This document shows positions 1 through 12,962 of a stretch of DNA of 64,000 bases, in pieces. Position 1 is the first letter of the stretch, and each line of letters starts with the position of its first letter. The position numbers and the translations under genes are program-made. Origin of the DNA: Mytilus trossulus (Eukaryota); assembly GCF_036588685.1 (NCBI RefSeq), contig NC_086380.1, positions 37,944,001 to 38,008,000 of the forward strand, written 5' to 3'. Below the pieces are notes generated by a model. That model was not told the DNA's origin and made no database searches. It worked only from the letters and a program-made list of their open reading frames with translations.

Positions 1-32
1 TGACCCTTATGATAGATATTTTATTTCTTAGG

Positions 33-3000
33 ATGTATTGTAAAGCTTCATATACCTTGTATTCCTGCACAGTGATCTTCTTCCTCATGTTCACAATTAA
101 TGAGGCATCAAGTAAGAATCCTTTTACTTAGATTGCATACTTACCGACGGAGTATTGTAATTGTTTGTATTATGAGTGTCGGTAAATTGAACTGTTGAAA
201 ACTGCAATGTGAGAAGTTATTGTTCGATTATTCTACATATCGAAACACTAGCTAATAGAAAATATAAAGTATTAAAAATCAAAATAACTTTACATGGCAA
301 AGCAAATTAATTGCGATACACCTATTGCGTGTAAACTGATAAACGTTTCGTTTCCGACAGTTTCTCCAGAACAATTATCATTACACAATTCATATGTTGA
401 CCTGACATATCATAATTTGTACTTCATTTTGAAATATCAACCTTTTATGAAGCTATAAAATGATCCGAAATACTAGTATTTCAAATATTAAAAACTTTGA
501 ACTCTTATACAACATTCAAGCCTAATAAATGTCTGCTACATTTGTAACACTGTTCATAGTGTTAATACGACATCTTGATAAAAGACGAATGTAGTGTTTA
601 AACAAGGAATGCATATACAATTCCTTGGTTTAGATTGACGGTATACGACAGTAGGTAGCTTACAAGTAGTCGTGTTTACAATGGAGACGCCATAATCGTA
701 CTAGTCAGTTGGATATTTGTTAGAAGAAGACAAACCATTATATTTCAATATTTTATATTCAACACTGTGAAACAGACATACTTTAGGGGGATTTTGTAAC
801 AGGACATCAAATCGGTAATGATACATGAAAACAGAAATAACCTGTTTTCCTCGGTTCAATGATTAGATATCCGATACCATAACAAGGTCAATTGCATATC
901 ACAATGAATGAATACATGGGATATTCACCAAAACACACTTAAAGGTAACTTTCTATGTAATACTATTTCTAGGAAAAGCAATGAATTTGTGAAAAGGGAT
1001 TTAAATGGAATTGACTTTGTTAAACTATCCTTTAACAATATTATTTCTGTATTAAATTGAGCATGTTGAGTTTACACAAAACGGGTTTTCTTTCGTCATT
1101 CTTTGTTAGGTTACACAGAGTATAGGATGTCGTGTTAATTCGAAATCTTTAAAATTGCACTTTTTTGTTTAACGTATTTGCTCAAATGTTTTGTTTAGTA
1201 CTGTTCAACTTCTGATTTAGGATTTGTATTATTTGTTGCTTCGTCTGTAGAATTTAATCCAAGCAATATATTGCTGACGAGTTAATAAAATTAATGAAAA
1301 TCATCAATGTGACCTTAGTTAAGTAATCTTATCATTGACAACCATATCGAATCTTATTGTACGACCGCAAAAATTGATTTTTTTGGGTCGTATATTGGTA
1401 TCACGTTGGCGTCGTCGTCGTCGTCTTCCGAAGACATTTGATTATCGCACTATAACTTAAGTATGGGTGAATAGAAATCTTTGAAATTTATACACAAGGT
1501 TATTGATCGAAAAAGAAAGGTTGGGATTGGTTTTGGGAGTTTTGGTTACAACAGTTTATAAATGAGGGGCCAAAAAGGGCCCAAATAAGCATTTTCTTGG
1601 TTTTCGCACTATAACTTTAGTTTAAGTAAATAGAAATCTATGAAATTTTGACACAATGTTTATGACCACAAAAGGTAGGTAGTGATTGATTTTATGAGTT
1701 TTGGTCCAAACAGTTTAGGAATTAGTGGCCAAAAAAGGGTCAAAATAAATATTATTGTTGGTTTTCGCACAATAACTTTCATATAAGTAAATAGAAATCA
1801 ATGAAATTTAAACACAAAGTTTATGATCACTTTAAGGAAGATTAGGATTGATTTTGGGAGTTGAGGTCCCAACAGTTTAGGAATTAGGGCCAACAAGGGA
1901 CCTAAATAAGCATTTTTCTTGGTTTTTGCACCATAACTTTAGTATAAAATAATAGAAATCTATGAAATTTATACACAAGGTTTATGACCATAAAAAGAAG
2001 GTTGGTAATGATTTTGAGAGTTTTGGTCCCAATAGTTTAGGAATAAGGGGCCCAAAGGGTCCAAAATTAAACTTTGTTTGATTTCTTCAAAAATTGAATA
2101 ATTGGGGTTCTTTGATATGCAGAATCTAACTGTGTATGTAGATTCTTTATTTTTTCCCGTTTTCAAATAGGTCTAATTTAAGGTCCAAATGTCCAAAATT
2201 AAACTAAGTTTGATTTTAACAAAAATTTAATCCAAGCGGTTCTTTGATATGCTGAATCTAAATATGTATTTAGATTTTTGATTATAGGCCCAGTTTTCAA
2301 GTTGGTTTAAATTGGGGTCCAAAATTAATTGTTTGATTTCAACAAAAAATGTACATATGGGGTTCTTTGATACATTATATATGGTTAATCTAACCATGTA
2401 TTTAGATTTTTGATGTTTGGGCCCGGTTATCAAATTGGTCCACATTGAGCTCTAAAGGGTCCAGAATTGAACTTTATTTGATTTCATCAAAAGTTGAATT
2501 CTTGGGGTTCTTTGATATGCTGAATCTAACCATGTATTTTGATTTTGGATATTGGACCATAATAGGTTATGTCTAATTTAAAATTTAAAGTTTTAAGTTT
2601 AAGTTCTTAGACCACATTCATTATGTGTAAGAAACCTGTGTTGTGACAACTGTTTAATCACAATCCAAATTCAGAGCTGTATCAAGCTTAAATGTTGTGT
2701 CCATACTTGCCCCAATGTTCAGGGTTCGACCTCTGTGGTCGTATAAAGCTGCGCCTTGCGGAACATCTGTTTTTTCTCATAACCTGATTTTTTGTGAACA
2801 AGAATTTCTAGCTCTTCGATTTCAGATATTCAAAAATCAGTAACGGTAAACTCTTTCTTAACATATTTATTCATATTTGTAACTTTATCTGTAAGGTTCA
2901 ATCGTGTTACTTTCATACACAGGATTAAAAAGATACTGAAGCGTATATGTCACACAATTACATGTGTGCTCTAAGATATGTTTGTTTTTTATTCTTATCA

Positions 3001-6000
3001 CGGAGCTATTCTAGAGTGCTTGCTTTTAAAACTCAATTTCATTTATACATATTTATTATGTACAAGTTCATATATATAAAATTACCCTTAATTACGTACA
3101 TTGTTCAATATAGAGACACGTCCATTCTCTATCTCTAACTATCTTCAACTCTCTCGCATCTCACACTCACCAACTTTTATTTTCGCAAAGGCCTTTGCTA
3201 CTTTCATGATTTTCTCACACATTAAAACGTCATTCATCTCCAGATCACACAAGTAAAGGGACAGAATCTAAACAAATAGAAATATATATTATTTAGATTA
3301 GCATTAAGGGCTGGTTAAGAATTGCACATCACAAAATATGATTTTTGTCTTTTACTACGAAACTTGCTTTTGTTATGTCGCATCTTTATTCGTGTATAGA
3401 TTCAAATGATGGATAATCCGTGAGTTTAAATATCGTTTAGTCTCTATCCCTTAAATAAATATGTTGGGACTTTTCAAGATTGCCTTAAGGTAAAATAGCA
3501 ACATCCAGACTGCAACAACATTGAAAACAAGAGGTACATGTATCGATCATTTATTAATCGACGTTTTATGAACAAAGTAAGAACTTGCAAACGTTATTTT
3601 ACAGCACATTTCGTAAATTCAGAAGTATACTCAATTGTATAGAATGCCACATTCATCAATAGACATGCAAGCAATAATAAATAATAACATCTAACAATTC
3701 CTTATTTTCAAATTAGTAAAATGGGAAATAAAGTCAAAACCATTAGTAATAGGACTGGAAGCAAAACTTTCGTGTAATGGAAACACATGCCCTGAAAACA
3801 GCAAAACATGGCTAGGTGGAAACAACTACGATCTCCTCTGCTTTGATGATCAGTCAAACAATCCTTCAAAATATGAAATGACATCAAATGGTACAACTTT
3901 TGATCTAACGATAAAAGAACTTAATTTTACCGATCTTAATTGTGTATATACCTGTACCTGTGGATTTCAACAATATACTAATATGTTGACAACTGAAGAA
4001 CTTATATGTAGGTAAACAAAACTTAATTGTAAAAATTTAATATATATATTGTATTTCAATCAAAAGTCGATGATTAGAAAAACATCTGCATAAAAAATAT
4101 AGACATTTATCTAATTGAGCGGCTTTTTCAACACTGACTTTATTTTTGTGCTATATAATACCCGTCAGATTCCTCCTGCAAACAATATAATAAACCAAGC
4201 ACACCAACGAACTACAATGAATGCATACACATACCAAACTTAAAACACAGTCAATAATTGCAATGATAAACAAATGTCTTAAAAGTATACCTGTATATAA
4301 GACAAAAACTTACAACAAAAGAAACGTTCATAGACGGCGTTATCTGTACTGTTTTCATAATTCACGTGTTATTGTTTTTTTGGCAATTAGTAATTTTGAA
4401 ATTATGACGACATAATATGCACATTTTTTTATAAATTCAAAGGAAACTGTTAACTTTATGCTTTTCCTATTATTATTTTCCTAGTGGGAACATCGTGCTA
4501 TTGGCATATTCTAACAGCTCAACTACATGCATACAAAGAATAAAGTTGTTTATTTGTTAGCACATACTTTTGAAATCTAATATATTTGCACATTTAAATG
4601 TTGGACAAATTATTATTTGTACAAAATTTTTCTACAAGCTGTAAGTGTTTTATGAACAGCGGAAAACAAATGGATGATACCAAAACAGTCTTTTGTTTTG
4701 CAAATTTCTGTCATAAAAAATATAACTTGTACAAAAACCCTGTACACGTAATAATTTGTGCAAATTTACATCTTGTACAAAACATAAATATACTGCAAAG
4801 TTGACGTAACACAAAGAAAAACTATTTTTTTTAATAAAATATTAGGTTACATTTTGTCATACTTTTTTGCAATGGTAAATCGTTTAATGTGAAGTATGTT
4901 ATTATTTCTGAAGCACCTTGTACCTTAATAAAAATGGAACAAAGTTCAAAATATAAATTTTCGATTTTCACTTATCTTCGAGCCAAAAAAGGACTGTATT
5001 GCCTTTACTCCCTTAATAACGCTTTTCAGTATTGTTTTTTTTTTTTAACTCAAAGTTTTATTTTCAGACCCACCTACATTACGGGAAAACACTTTAACTA
5101 GGAGAGGCAAGAACATGCACATAGATGTTTTGATTGAAGTGTCCCCCTTACCAAATTGCACTCTACTGTTTGAGGTACATCAAGACACTTACATGTATTG
5201 AGCATTTCGTGCATCATAAAAAGAAGACAAAAATATTTTTGAAATTTATGCAAATATATTTGAACATCACTGCTTAATTACATATAAAATACTGCAGTTG
5301 ACCACATATACGGATATAATTGCGAGCGATAATACAGCTTTTTCTTCTCATGGATTGGGTACAAAATTTAAATCATCATTCCGAAATCAAGTCAGAGGCA
5401 GAACTTTGTATGTCGCATTGCTGAATAAGTTCATAAAATAGAATTACGGTTTCTGCATTAAAAGTTAAAACGATAACTATCATAGATTTTGACTTCAAGT
5501 TATCGTTTTAACTTTTAATACTAGCGCACGGCTTCATTTCAATTAATCAGATACCTGTTTAGGTTGTTTGTATATGTTTCTTCACAATATAAGCTTTTTC
5601 AGGATTTTATAGCGTTTAATATAGTAAAATGTCTTCTCATTTATTCCTTACTCGGTTTCGGTGCATTACATTTGCGTATAAAATCATAACCTTTGACGGC
5701 AGTTTTTCATTGCATTAGCGCTTACACATGTGAATTCCGCTTAATGCAGGTAAATTATCCTATTTTTAATGTAACTATAATTTTTAGTGAGTTTGTTCAG
5801 TGTTATAACGCACAAGCACTTAGTCTGAGAAATATTTAGTCAGATGAAAATGTAAAAACAAAGCCTAACTATAAGTAAACACAAAACGACAAAACTACAT
5901 GGATGTGCTGAGAAAAAAAAACGAGTATAGTATTTAGCATTGAATCATTCCGGGTCGTCTGTAATACAGTGTACTTTAATGATGGTACTTTTACATGGAG

Positions 6001-9000
6001 GAAAAGGGGGATCTTATGAAATATATTTGCATTTATTTGTAGTGCATCGCAATAAAATATTCCCTAATGAAAGTGTTCTCCGTCGATACTGAGAGTGCAT
6101 CCATCATACATTTATAACCCCCTCCACCTAAAAATTCACAATACCTTTTGTTATATTTGTTATGTATCATTGTTATTTTTACATGCGTGCAAATGGAATT
6201 AAAAGCTACTCGCAAATATTAAAACTTTTAATTCCAAAATACGTGCAAATGTCATGCACCCATTTAAAAAGAAAGTATCTCAATCAGAAATCTCAGTTAG
6301 ATATCTCTGTGGGTTTTTTTGTTTGGTTATTATAAATTAAATATTCTGTTTTCTTTATTAATTCTTAATAAATAGTATTTTTTAATTTTTTAGGAACAGG
6401 CTTTGTCAGCAAGTATCCTAACGAAGGAAAAACATTATGAAGGTGGTTTAACACTTTTTGAAGTATCCATACAACACCTTGTTGCGCCAGTTGGAACTCT
6501 CTGTAAAGGAAATCTGACTCTGCTTTGCAAAGTTGAATCTAACGTCTATCCACTAGATCTTCACGACATTGACGTGTGTGCAGGTATGTACATTACAAAC
6601 CGAATCTGATTCCCACAGCGATCTATGTTACGATTCAACATAACATTTAAAAAAAGTGTCTTTGTTGATTATTCTACAATACTCCAAGTAGTAAGTAAAC
6701 AATTTAATAGTATATCCAAGGGACAGTATTCGCTCTGATTCGTGATAATCATTTTAATGAAAAGACCAGCTTATCTAACAAAGATAGATTCCTTTCTTTT
6801 CATTTATTGTTTTGGTTCGCGGCAATCTTTTCAGTTATAGAATTATGTCTTTCCACTCTTTTTCTTTTTTCTTCCGCCTATTTTTTTCATTGTGTGCGCT
6901 TTTTTTTTTAGATTTTTTTTAAACATGTCTCTTCGTTTTTCGTTTATGTTTCATACAGCCTTTACACTTTTGAAACTGACACTGTTAATTAACCGAACAC
7001 TTTTCTTTGTAAGAGTTATCTCCCCTAACACAATCTCCTTCGCAACCGTTAGAGAAAGAAAGAAATTAATTCTTCCAAATTGCTCGCTATATCCTCAGAA
7101 TTATTCCCCCTTATGTATTTGAAATAAGTGATATGAATTTGTAATTTGTAAATCATAAGTGATATAGACCTAGGCTGTCTTGAGGTAATTGGTCCATTAA
7201 AAGAAAAAATAGGTCAAGGTCACGTTAAAAAGTTTTGATTTTGACTTGTTTTCACTTATTATCAGAAGCCGTATGAGATATCGAAATAAATGTTTTACTA
7301 TATTGTTACAAGAGGAACTTTGTAACACATTAATTTTAGCCCCTCTTATACCTAAAACTAGCTGTATGGTGATATAACTCATTATAACTCAGTATAACCT
7401 TGTTTAGTACAGACCAATGGTCTTTTATTTTGAGGTCTTTACTTTATGACCTTGAGATTGAGGTCAAGGTCAAAGATAAAAGTGACTTTTTAGATTTTGA
7501 AATTCGCTTTAATTTCATGTGTAAAGATTATAAAGGCGTGGGACTTTGTGCATAAGGTTGCAAGCCAAATGAGATTGAAAATTCCAACCGGAAACGAATA
7601 TTTGAAAACCGGAGGTAGCTATTTTTTGTATATTTTCTTCATATACAAAATTATAGAACAATTTATATTTGGTATCAGTGTCAAGTAAACAAAATATTGA
7701 TAATTAAAGTGTCATTAGCACATTTATCAACCTGGAAGTAACAAATTATCTCCTTTATTTCAATTGTTATGTGTGATACCATTTATTTTTGAAATCAGCG
7801 TACAATAAGCCATCATTTGGCAATAAAAATGACATTTTAAACAGAATTTAGATATGTTGATATCAAAATATCTTGTTTCGGGTGGAAAGGCCTTCAATTG
7901 CTTTTTAACAATTGGGGTTTAATTTATTTTAATCTGTTGTGCCCTATTCTTTTTTATTTTTATTTTTGGCCTTGAAAATTATAGACTGCATCTGATGACT
8001 TTTGCTGACCTTTGTTTCATTGATAATTATACCAAACCTCTTTATTTGTATACATATATATCTATTAAATATAATTCACAAATTGTTAAGATGATACCGT
8101 ACGTTATACACATCATCTTAAATGAGTGTAACATCAATATCTATTTAGAATACATGACTGGTCAAATTTAATGAAACAATTTAGACGGATACAGTATTGT
8201 TTTCGGACATAATTATACATGTAATATGGTAAACAAGAGTTCTGTTTGTTATTTATGCATACGATTCCGTTTATGTTATGATTACTTATATTTTGAAATA
8301 TCTTGTACTTTAAAAAGAGCGCAAATTCGGAATGAGACAGATTATAAATTTGTTCTTCAAAAGTTCATAATTGTTGACGGCAACCTTTTACCCATATCGT
8401 TTAGTGACCGTGTTCACTTTAACACCGAACATCAAAACCATTTATTTCGATTTACTCTTGTTTTTTTTTTCTAAAATTAACCAGTTGTTCGGCATTTGAA
8501 AAGTCACGACCGGAAGATACAAAAAGATCATAAAAAGTTCACTAAACTGGATTTCACCTGATTTAGTTGTTATGTACTTACATAACAATTAATGTATAGA
8601 CACGTATTATTATGATTAAGCTTTTTTTGGGTCTTTTAGTTTACAATTGTAATTTGCCAACAATTTTTTAAGTGCTGCACCAAAAACACATCATATTGGT
8701 TATAACCCGTTTTCATTTTCTTTGCTGTTTATCACCCATTTTACAAAAGAAACTACCTGGTCCAAGTCAAATTAGCAGCGGAAAGAAATGTTTTACCGTA
8801 ACCTCAAAAAAAAGCAAATACATGTTGGATTCCTGAAAAATATTTACCTCAACATCTTTTTTTATTATTTCAGATGAAGACAGATCTAACTTTGAAATGA
8901 ATGCTATTATGGGTTCAATATCAGGCACCATTTTAGTGATTGTTATCGTGTTTATTTTGTATTTTCTAAAGTTCCGAATTGGTAAGTAATGTAAAACTAA

Positions 9001-10725
9001 AGTATTCGGAATTGTTTGCATTTTGTTTTATGTAAGCTAATTTGACACCAATAGCGACGCTAAGACATAGCAATTTATATCTTCATTTCTGTTTGGAACT
9101 TAAAGTCGTATGAAACTGGTGGAAAACACTGTTCATCCAATTATTGAACTCTCTGTTTGTTATGATGTAAAAATATAGCAGCTACTTAATTGTCGTGTTT
9201 TGATGCCGTTGTTTACCAATTGTCACCTTATAGTAAACAATTAACGAAGAAGCATGAATATTGAGCTCGTGTATAACATGTAAAATTAGATAATAGTTTA
9301 TTTTAATGACAGATCCATACGTACTGCGATCACCGGATTTTTACGAGGAAGGTCACGCTAAGGTCACTTGTATACGGAAAATATGTCGGTGAATTGCTGC
9401 CTGGAAACATTATTAAAAAAAGGAAATTGCTTCTTGATGTGGACAAATAAAAGAATTTTCTTCAGAAAAAAAGACATGTACATAAGTTTTATTATGAAAA
9501 TCATCCATATGCATCATTTTATTTTTGATTTGAGGTTTCATATGACTTTACTATAGCCTCATTACACACGATTTCATTATTTATGTATGTGCTTCTGTTC
9601 CTTTTATTTAGCTTATTATGAATCTGGTCATATTGTGCTCCTAGAAAAATAAAAATGCTGCGTACTCATATATGCGACGACGTCTACAAAAAAAACCCAG
9701 ATGCGATAAAGCGTAATTTTGGCTATGATGTTGCAAAGTAAACATCGACGAGCACCTGCAATTTAATTTATTGCAGACTTAAAATAACGCAGCTTTAATA
9801 ATCATATCATGATAGATGCTTACCATGTGTGCGCTTACAGTGGCGGATCCAGAACTTGTCCTAAGGGGACCCCGATGATTGACCTAAGATGGGAGGGGGG
9901 GGGGGCGCTATAGTCATGCTTCAATGATTCCCTATGTAATCAACCAAACTTTTCCCACGAAAGGCACCCCCCTCCTGGATCCGCCTATGGCTTTACTATT
10001 TAAATTGAATCCGCAATATCTATTTTTAACTTAATTCGTATTTAAGCCTTATCCCAAAAGTAAATTACTTTCCTCTCCGAAATCAAAAATGGAAGTGAAA
10101 TATCATCGTCATTGTTCAAGCTAGTTTAATATTGGTTTGCTCCAGTATTCCTTCGGAAATAACAGACACACAGAATGAGGAGTTTATTGAAGAGCTACAT
10201 ATTGTAGACGAGTTGTATTATAATATTCAAATGGTAGCTCCCTAACTTACAAAGAGTACCAAAAACTATTGGATTTTAGGACACATCTGTTACATAATAT
10301 TCGTCTTACTGATTCAAATACTATAACTCTGGTTTACACGAACAGAAGACTTCATTATAAATATACTACATGTATTGCTGTGTGAGATACGAGATCAGAA
10401 TAATACCGTTATTCATATAATAAATTCGCGAAGACCTATATTGTATTATATCTTGCTTTCTGCTTTTTTTTTTGTATATCTGTCAGAACACTAGAAAAAA
10501 ATGTTGCGTTTATCTGCATTTTTTTCTTAAGACTGTTACCACACAGTGTATGTAATAATATGGAAATAAAAAAATCCGTATGATTTTCTTACAGGAAATT
10601 ACAAGGACAGAAGCCTCCAATTTGAATGCGAACACTCAGAAACTTCCGGTCGGAGGCAGCCCAGTCTGGTTCGGCTGGTAAAAGGCAAAGATCCCACGGG
10701 GGCCACTGATGAAGGGACACCGTGA
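33..10725 (+). CDS. Spliced host gene for a type I membrane protein (signal peptide, Ig-like domain, second Ig-like region, TM helix, short Tyr-containing tail). Exons 33-111, 3717-4007, 5068-5174, 6394-6583, 8874-8981; tail exons uncertain (9313-~9351, 10595-10725)
   Basis: Hand splicing with GT/AG and compatible phases (1,1,0,1,1) gives MYCKASYTLYSCTVIFFLMFTINEAS / IKWEIKSKPLVIGLEAKLSC...KTWLGG...FDLTIKELNFTDLNCVYTCTCGF (Ig C-W-D.N..Y.C pattern) / YPPTLRE...SPLPNCTLLFE / EQAL...LTLLCKVE...DVCA / DEDRSNFEMNAIMGSISGTILVIVIVFILYFLKFRI (TM). The 3' exons have more than one possible phase. Confidence 0.8.
1353..2772 (+). mobile_element. Non-autonomous Helentron-type (HINE/pearl-like) element with internal tandem arrays
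   Basis: 5' TACGACC...GGTCGTA inverted pair, (GTC)n microsatellite at ~1411-1425, four ~160-bp tandem units (1441, 1601, 1761, 1921), a second ~130-bp unit type at ~2060-2560, 3' GTGGTCGTATA sub-TIR, short GC-rich hairpin and T-run. Confidence 0.7.
6845..7925 (+). mobile_element. Second HINE-like non-autonomous family (AACCGGAAGT-containing), intronic copy
   Basis: Starts GTCTTTCCAC and ends GGTGGAAAGGCCTTCAATTG...AACAATTGG; colinear with the copies at 53885-58080. Confidence 0.6.
9838..9989. mobile_element. Small MITE (CAGTGGCGGATCCAG...CTGGATCCGCCTATG)
   Basis: Terminal inverted GGCGGATCCAG/CTGGATCCGCC and internal G/C runs; related degraded copies at ~20495-20648 and ~29414-29554. Confidence 0.65.
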
Positions 10726-11968
10726 AATAAATAGGTCCCGAAACTGGGTTTGGTCCATTATGTAATCAAAACAGTAAATTCACTTTTAATTCAAATGATG
10801 TGACAAATTGTCTAATGAATACAATTTTGATCATAGGAAAAGGACCTTTTTATTACTGACGGTTAGTTCTCAGAAAACACATATTTCTTACTTTATTATT
10901 TCTTAATAAGCACAATATATTGAGGATTGAATCAGATGACACTTTATCAATTTCATCAATATACGATAATGGCCTGTAGAGGAGGTGTGTATCAACATTT
11001 ATCAACCCCAGTAAGGGTTATTCCACAAGGAATATACACCGACTCAATAATTGTTTTTTTTCTTCAGTTAACTGAACACATGCTGAACGAGCAAATTATA
11101 AATTAAAGTAAAATATTAAAACAGATTGTCAGATCACTTCCGGTCTAACGTTAGAAATTTTGTTTTGTCTATAATAAAAATTGACATTTCACCAATGCAC
11201 AACAAAGGTAGGCTATTTTTTGTTAAATGTAGAAAACATTTGAATGGGTCAGTGCATTTCTAATATTGTTTCATACAAAAAAGTGATGCCCATCAATTAA
11301 AATACTGCAAAAAGCTTACCTATCTACAAAAAAACTATTAAAAAGTGCTTGCCTCTTTAACAATCACTATTATGTATAAATACAAAATGTGCTTGTGATT
11401 TTTTTTTTAATATTTGTGTAATCATGAGAATTATAAATGTTATTGATGTTTAAATCAAGTATGTGTATAGATTTGATTTTATAAGTGCAGCCTGATGCAA
11501 TATCCATAATAATTATCACATATAAACATTACAATTACATCTCAATACATAATTTATTAGTTACTGTGTAAGCCAGACTTTAACATGTTTAGTAGAGACA
11601 AACTATATTCATACAATTCATTGGGAGGGGGGGGGGGGGGGGTAGGGGAGCAAAAGGATGGATAAGCTTTATCCCAGATTCCAAAAGTGCACTCCTTTCA
11701 ATTCATTGCTCAAAATGAAAGTCACATATACCACATTTTCATATGTCATATGTTTGCCTTCAATATCACGTTTATACTAAAATTCTGCGCGAAATGACCA
11801 AAGGTTTCCATCAATAACTTTATAACTGTATTATTGGATACAACAGTTGGTACTTTTATTGGTAGATATGGGCGTTTATATTTCCCTTTTACTTATATTT
11901 CAATACATATAGTCGTCCATATGTTTTCCCTGAGATTCACTTCTTTCTTTATTATACTGATAAAATAT

Positions 11969-12136
11969 ATAAATTTATGTGCGGTATGCGTATGAATTTT
12001 CGGATCTATTTTAGTCTATTGTTTAACAATAGAATAAACTAGTTATGCAAATTAGTAAGGTATATAATAGATAGAAAACGGGTTTTTAAGTTTATCGAAG
12101 GCTGGGCGGTGACCACTCGACTTGCAGACAATTTTT
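11969..12136 (+). repeat. Split direct repeat A1 (168 bp; A2 at 16401-16568)
   Basis: ATAAATTTATGTGCGG...CTTGCAGACAATTTTT; no mismatch to A2 seen by eye. Confidence 0.95.
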
Positions 12137-12140
12137 CAAG

Positions 12141-12962
12141 ATGTCCGATTCAGAGCTAGACCTCGATGATAGAGAATTAACCAAGTCTCCTGACAAGTCA
12201 ATTGAAGCTTTACGTTCTGCTGCTGAACCAACAAAGAGAAAAGGTAATTCAGAGCAAGATAGGGCACCTGAAGTTTCAAACGCAGATTTGTTTTCTTTGA
12301 TGACAACTTATTTCAATAATAAACTTTCCGGTATAGAGAAGAATTTCTCAGATACTACAGAGACGTTAGTAAAGAGAGCAAAGAAGGCAGAGAATACCTT
12401 TAAATTTAAGGGGAATCAGTTACAATTTGAGCTTAACTCTGACATTCAAGACAGTATAAGCACGGCAATAGGCTACATTGAGAAGAATCGACCTAAAAAG
12501 GCAGTTAGGGTTTTAGAAGATTCGTCTGTCCAGCTCAAGAAGAGAAATAAATTAATTAGAATCGCGGATAAGTCCGAGGGCGGTTGGAGAACGGTGAATG
12601 AATACCTTTCAGATGAAGTGGCCAGTGACTCGGAAGACGAGAAAAGAATACGCGCCGCAGGTAACAGGGCAGTTGAAAAGATCAAAGCAGAGAAAACAGA
12701 TAAACGCAGCAGTAGAAAGCGTCCGGCAGAAGCATCTGGTTCAACAGCTCAAATGGCACATAATGGTACAGGTGGTTCTGATGCTACATTTCGCCTGCAG
12801 CCCTTTCGAGGGGGCTTGGCCGCCAGCGGCCAAAGTTTCGGCAACCAAAATAGCTTCAAGACCTCAGACGTCTGTTACAACTGTGGCATGCAAGGGCACT
12901 GGGCAAGAGACTGCAGGAAGGGAAAGGCAAGGACAGGACCTTCCAGAGGATCTTCTTCTTAA
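12141..12962 (+). CDS. gag: Gag-like ORF1 with CCHC zinc knuckle
   Basis: 273 aa; C-terminal CYNCGMQGHWARDC; ATG 4 nt after the end of A1. Confidence 0.88.
   Translation: MSDSELDLDDRELTKSPDKSIEALRSAAEPTKRKGNSEQDRAPEVSNADLFSLMTTYFNNKLSGIEKNFSDTTETLVKRAKKAENTFKFKGNQLQFELNSDIQDSISTAIGYIEKNRPKKAVRVLEDSSVQLKKRNKLIRIADKSEGGWRTVNEYLSDEVASDSEDEKRIRAAGNRAVEKIKAEKTDKRSSRKRPAEASGSTAQMAHNGTGGSDATFRLQPFRGGLAASGQSFGNQNSFKTSDVCYNCGMQGHWARDCRKGKARTGPSRGSSS

Noticed and set aside
8767-9021. Minus-strand 84-aa ORF
   Set aside because: Antisense to the TM exon of the Ig-like gene.
11622-11650. G-run as a functional G-quadruplex
   Set aside because: Similar G/C homopolymers occur in several MITE remnants here; no independent support.
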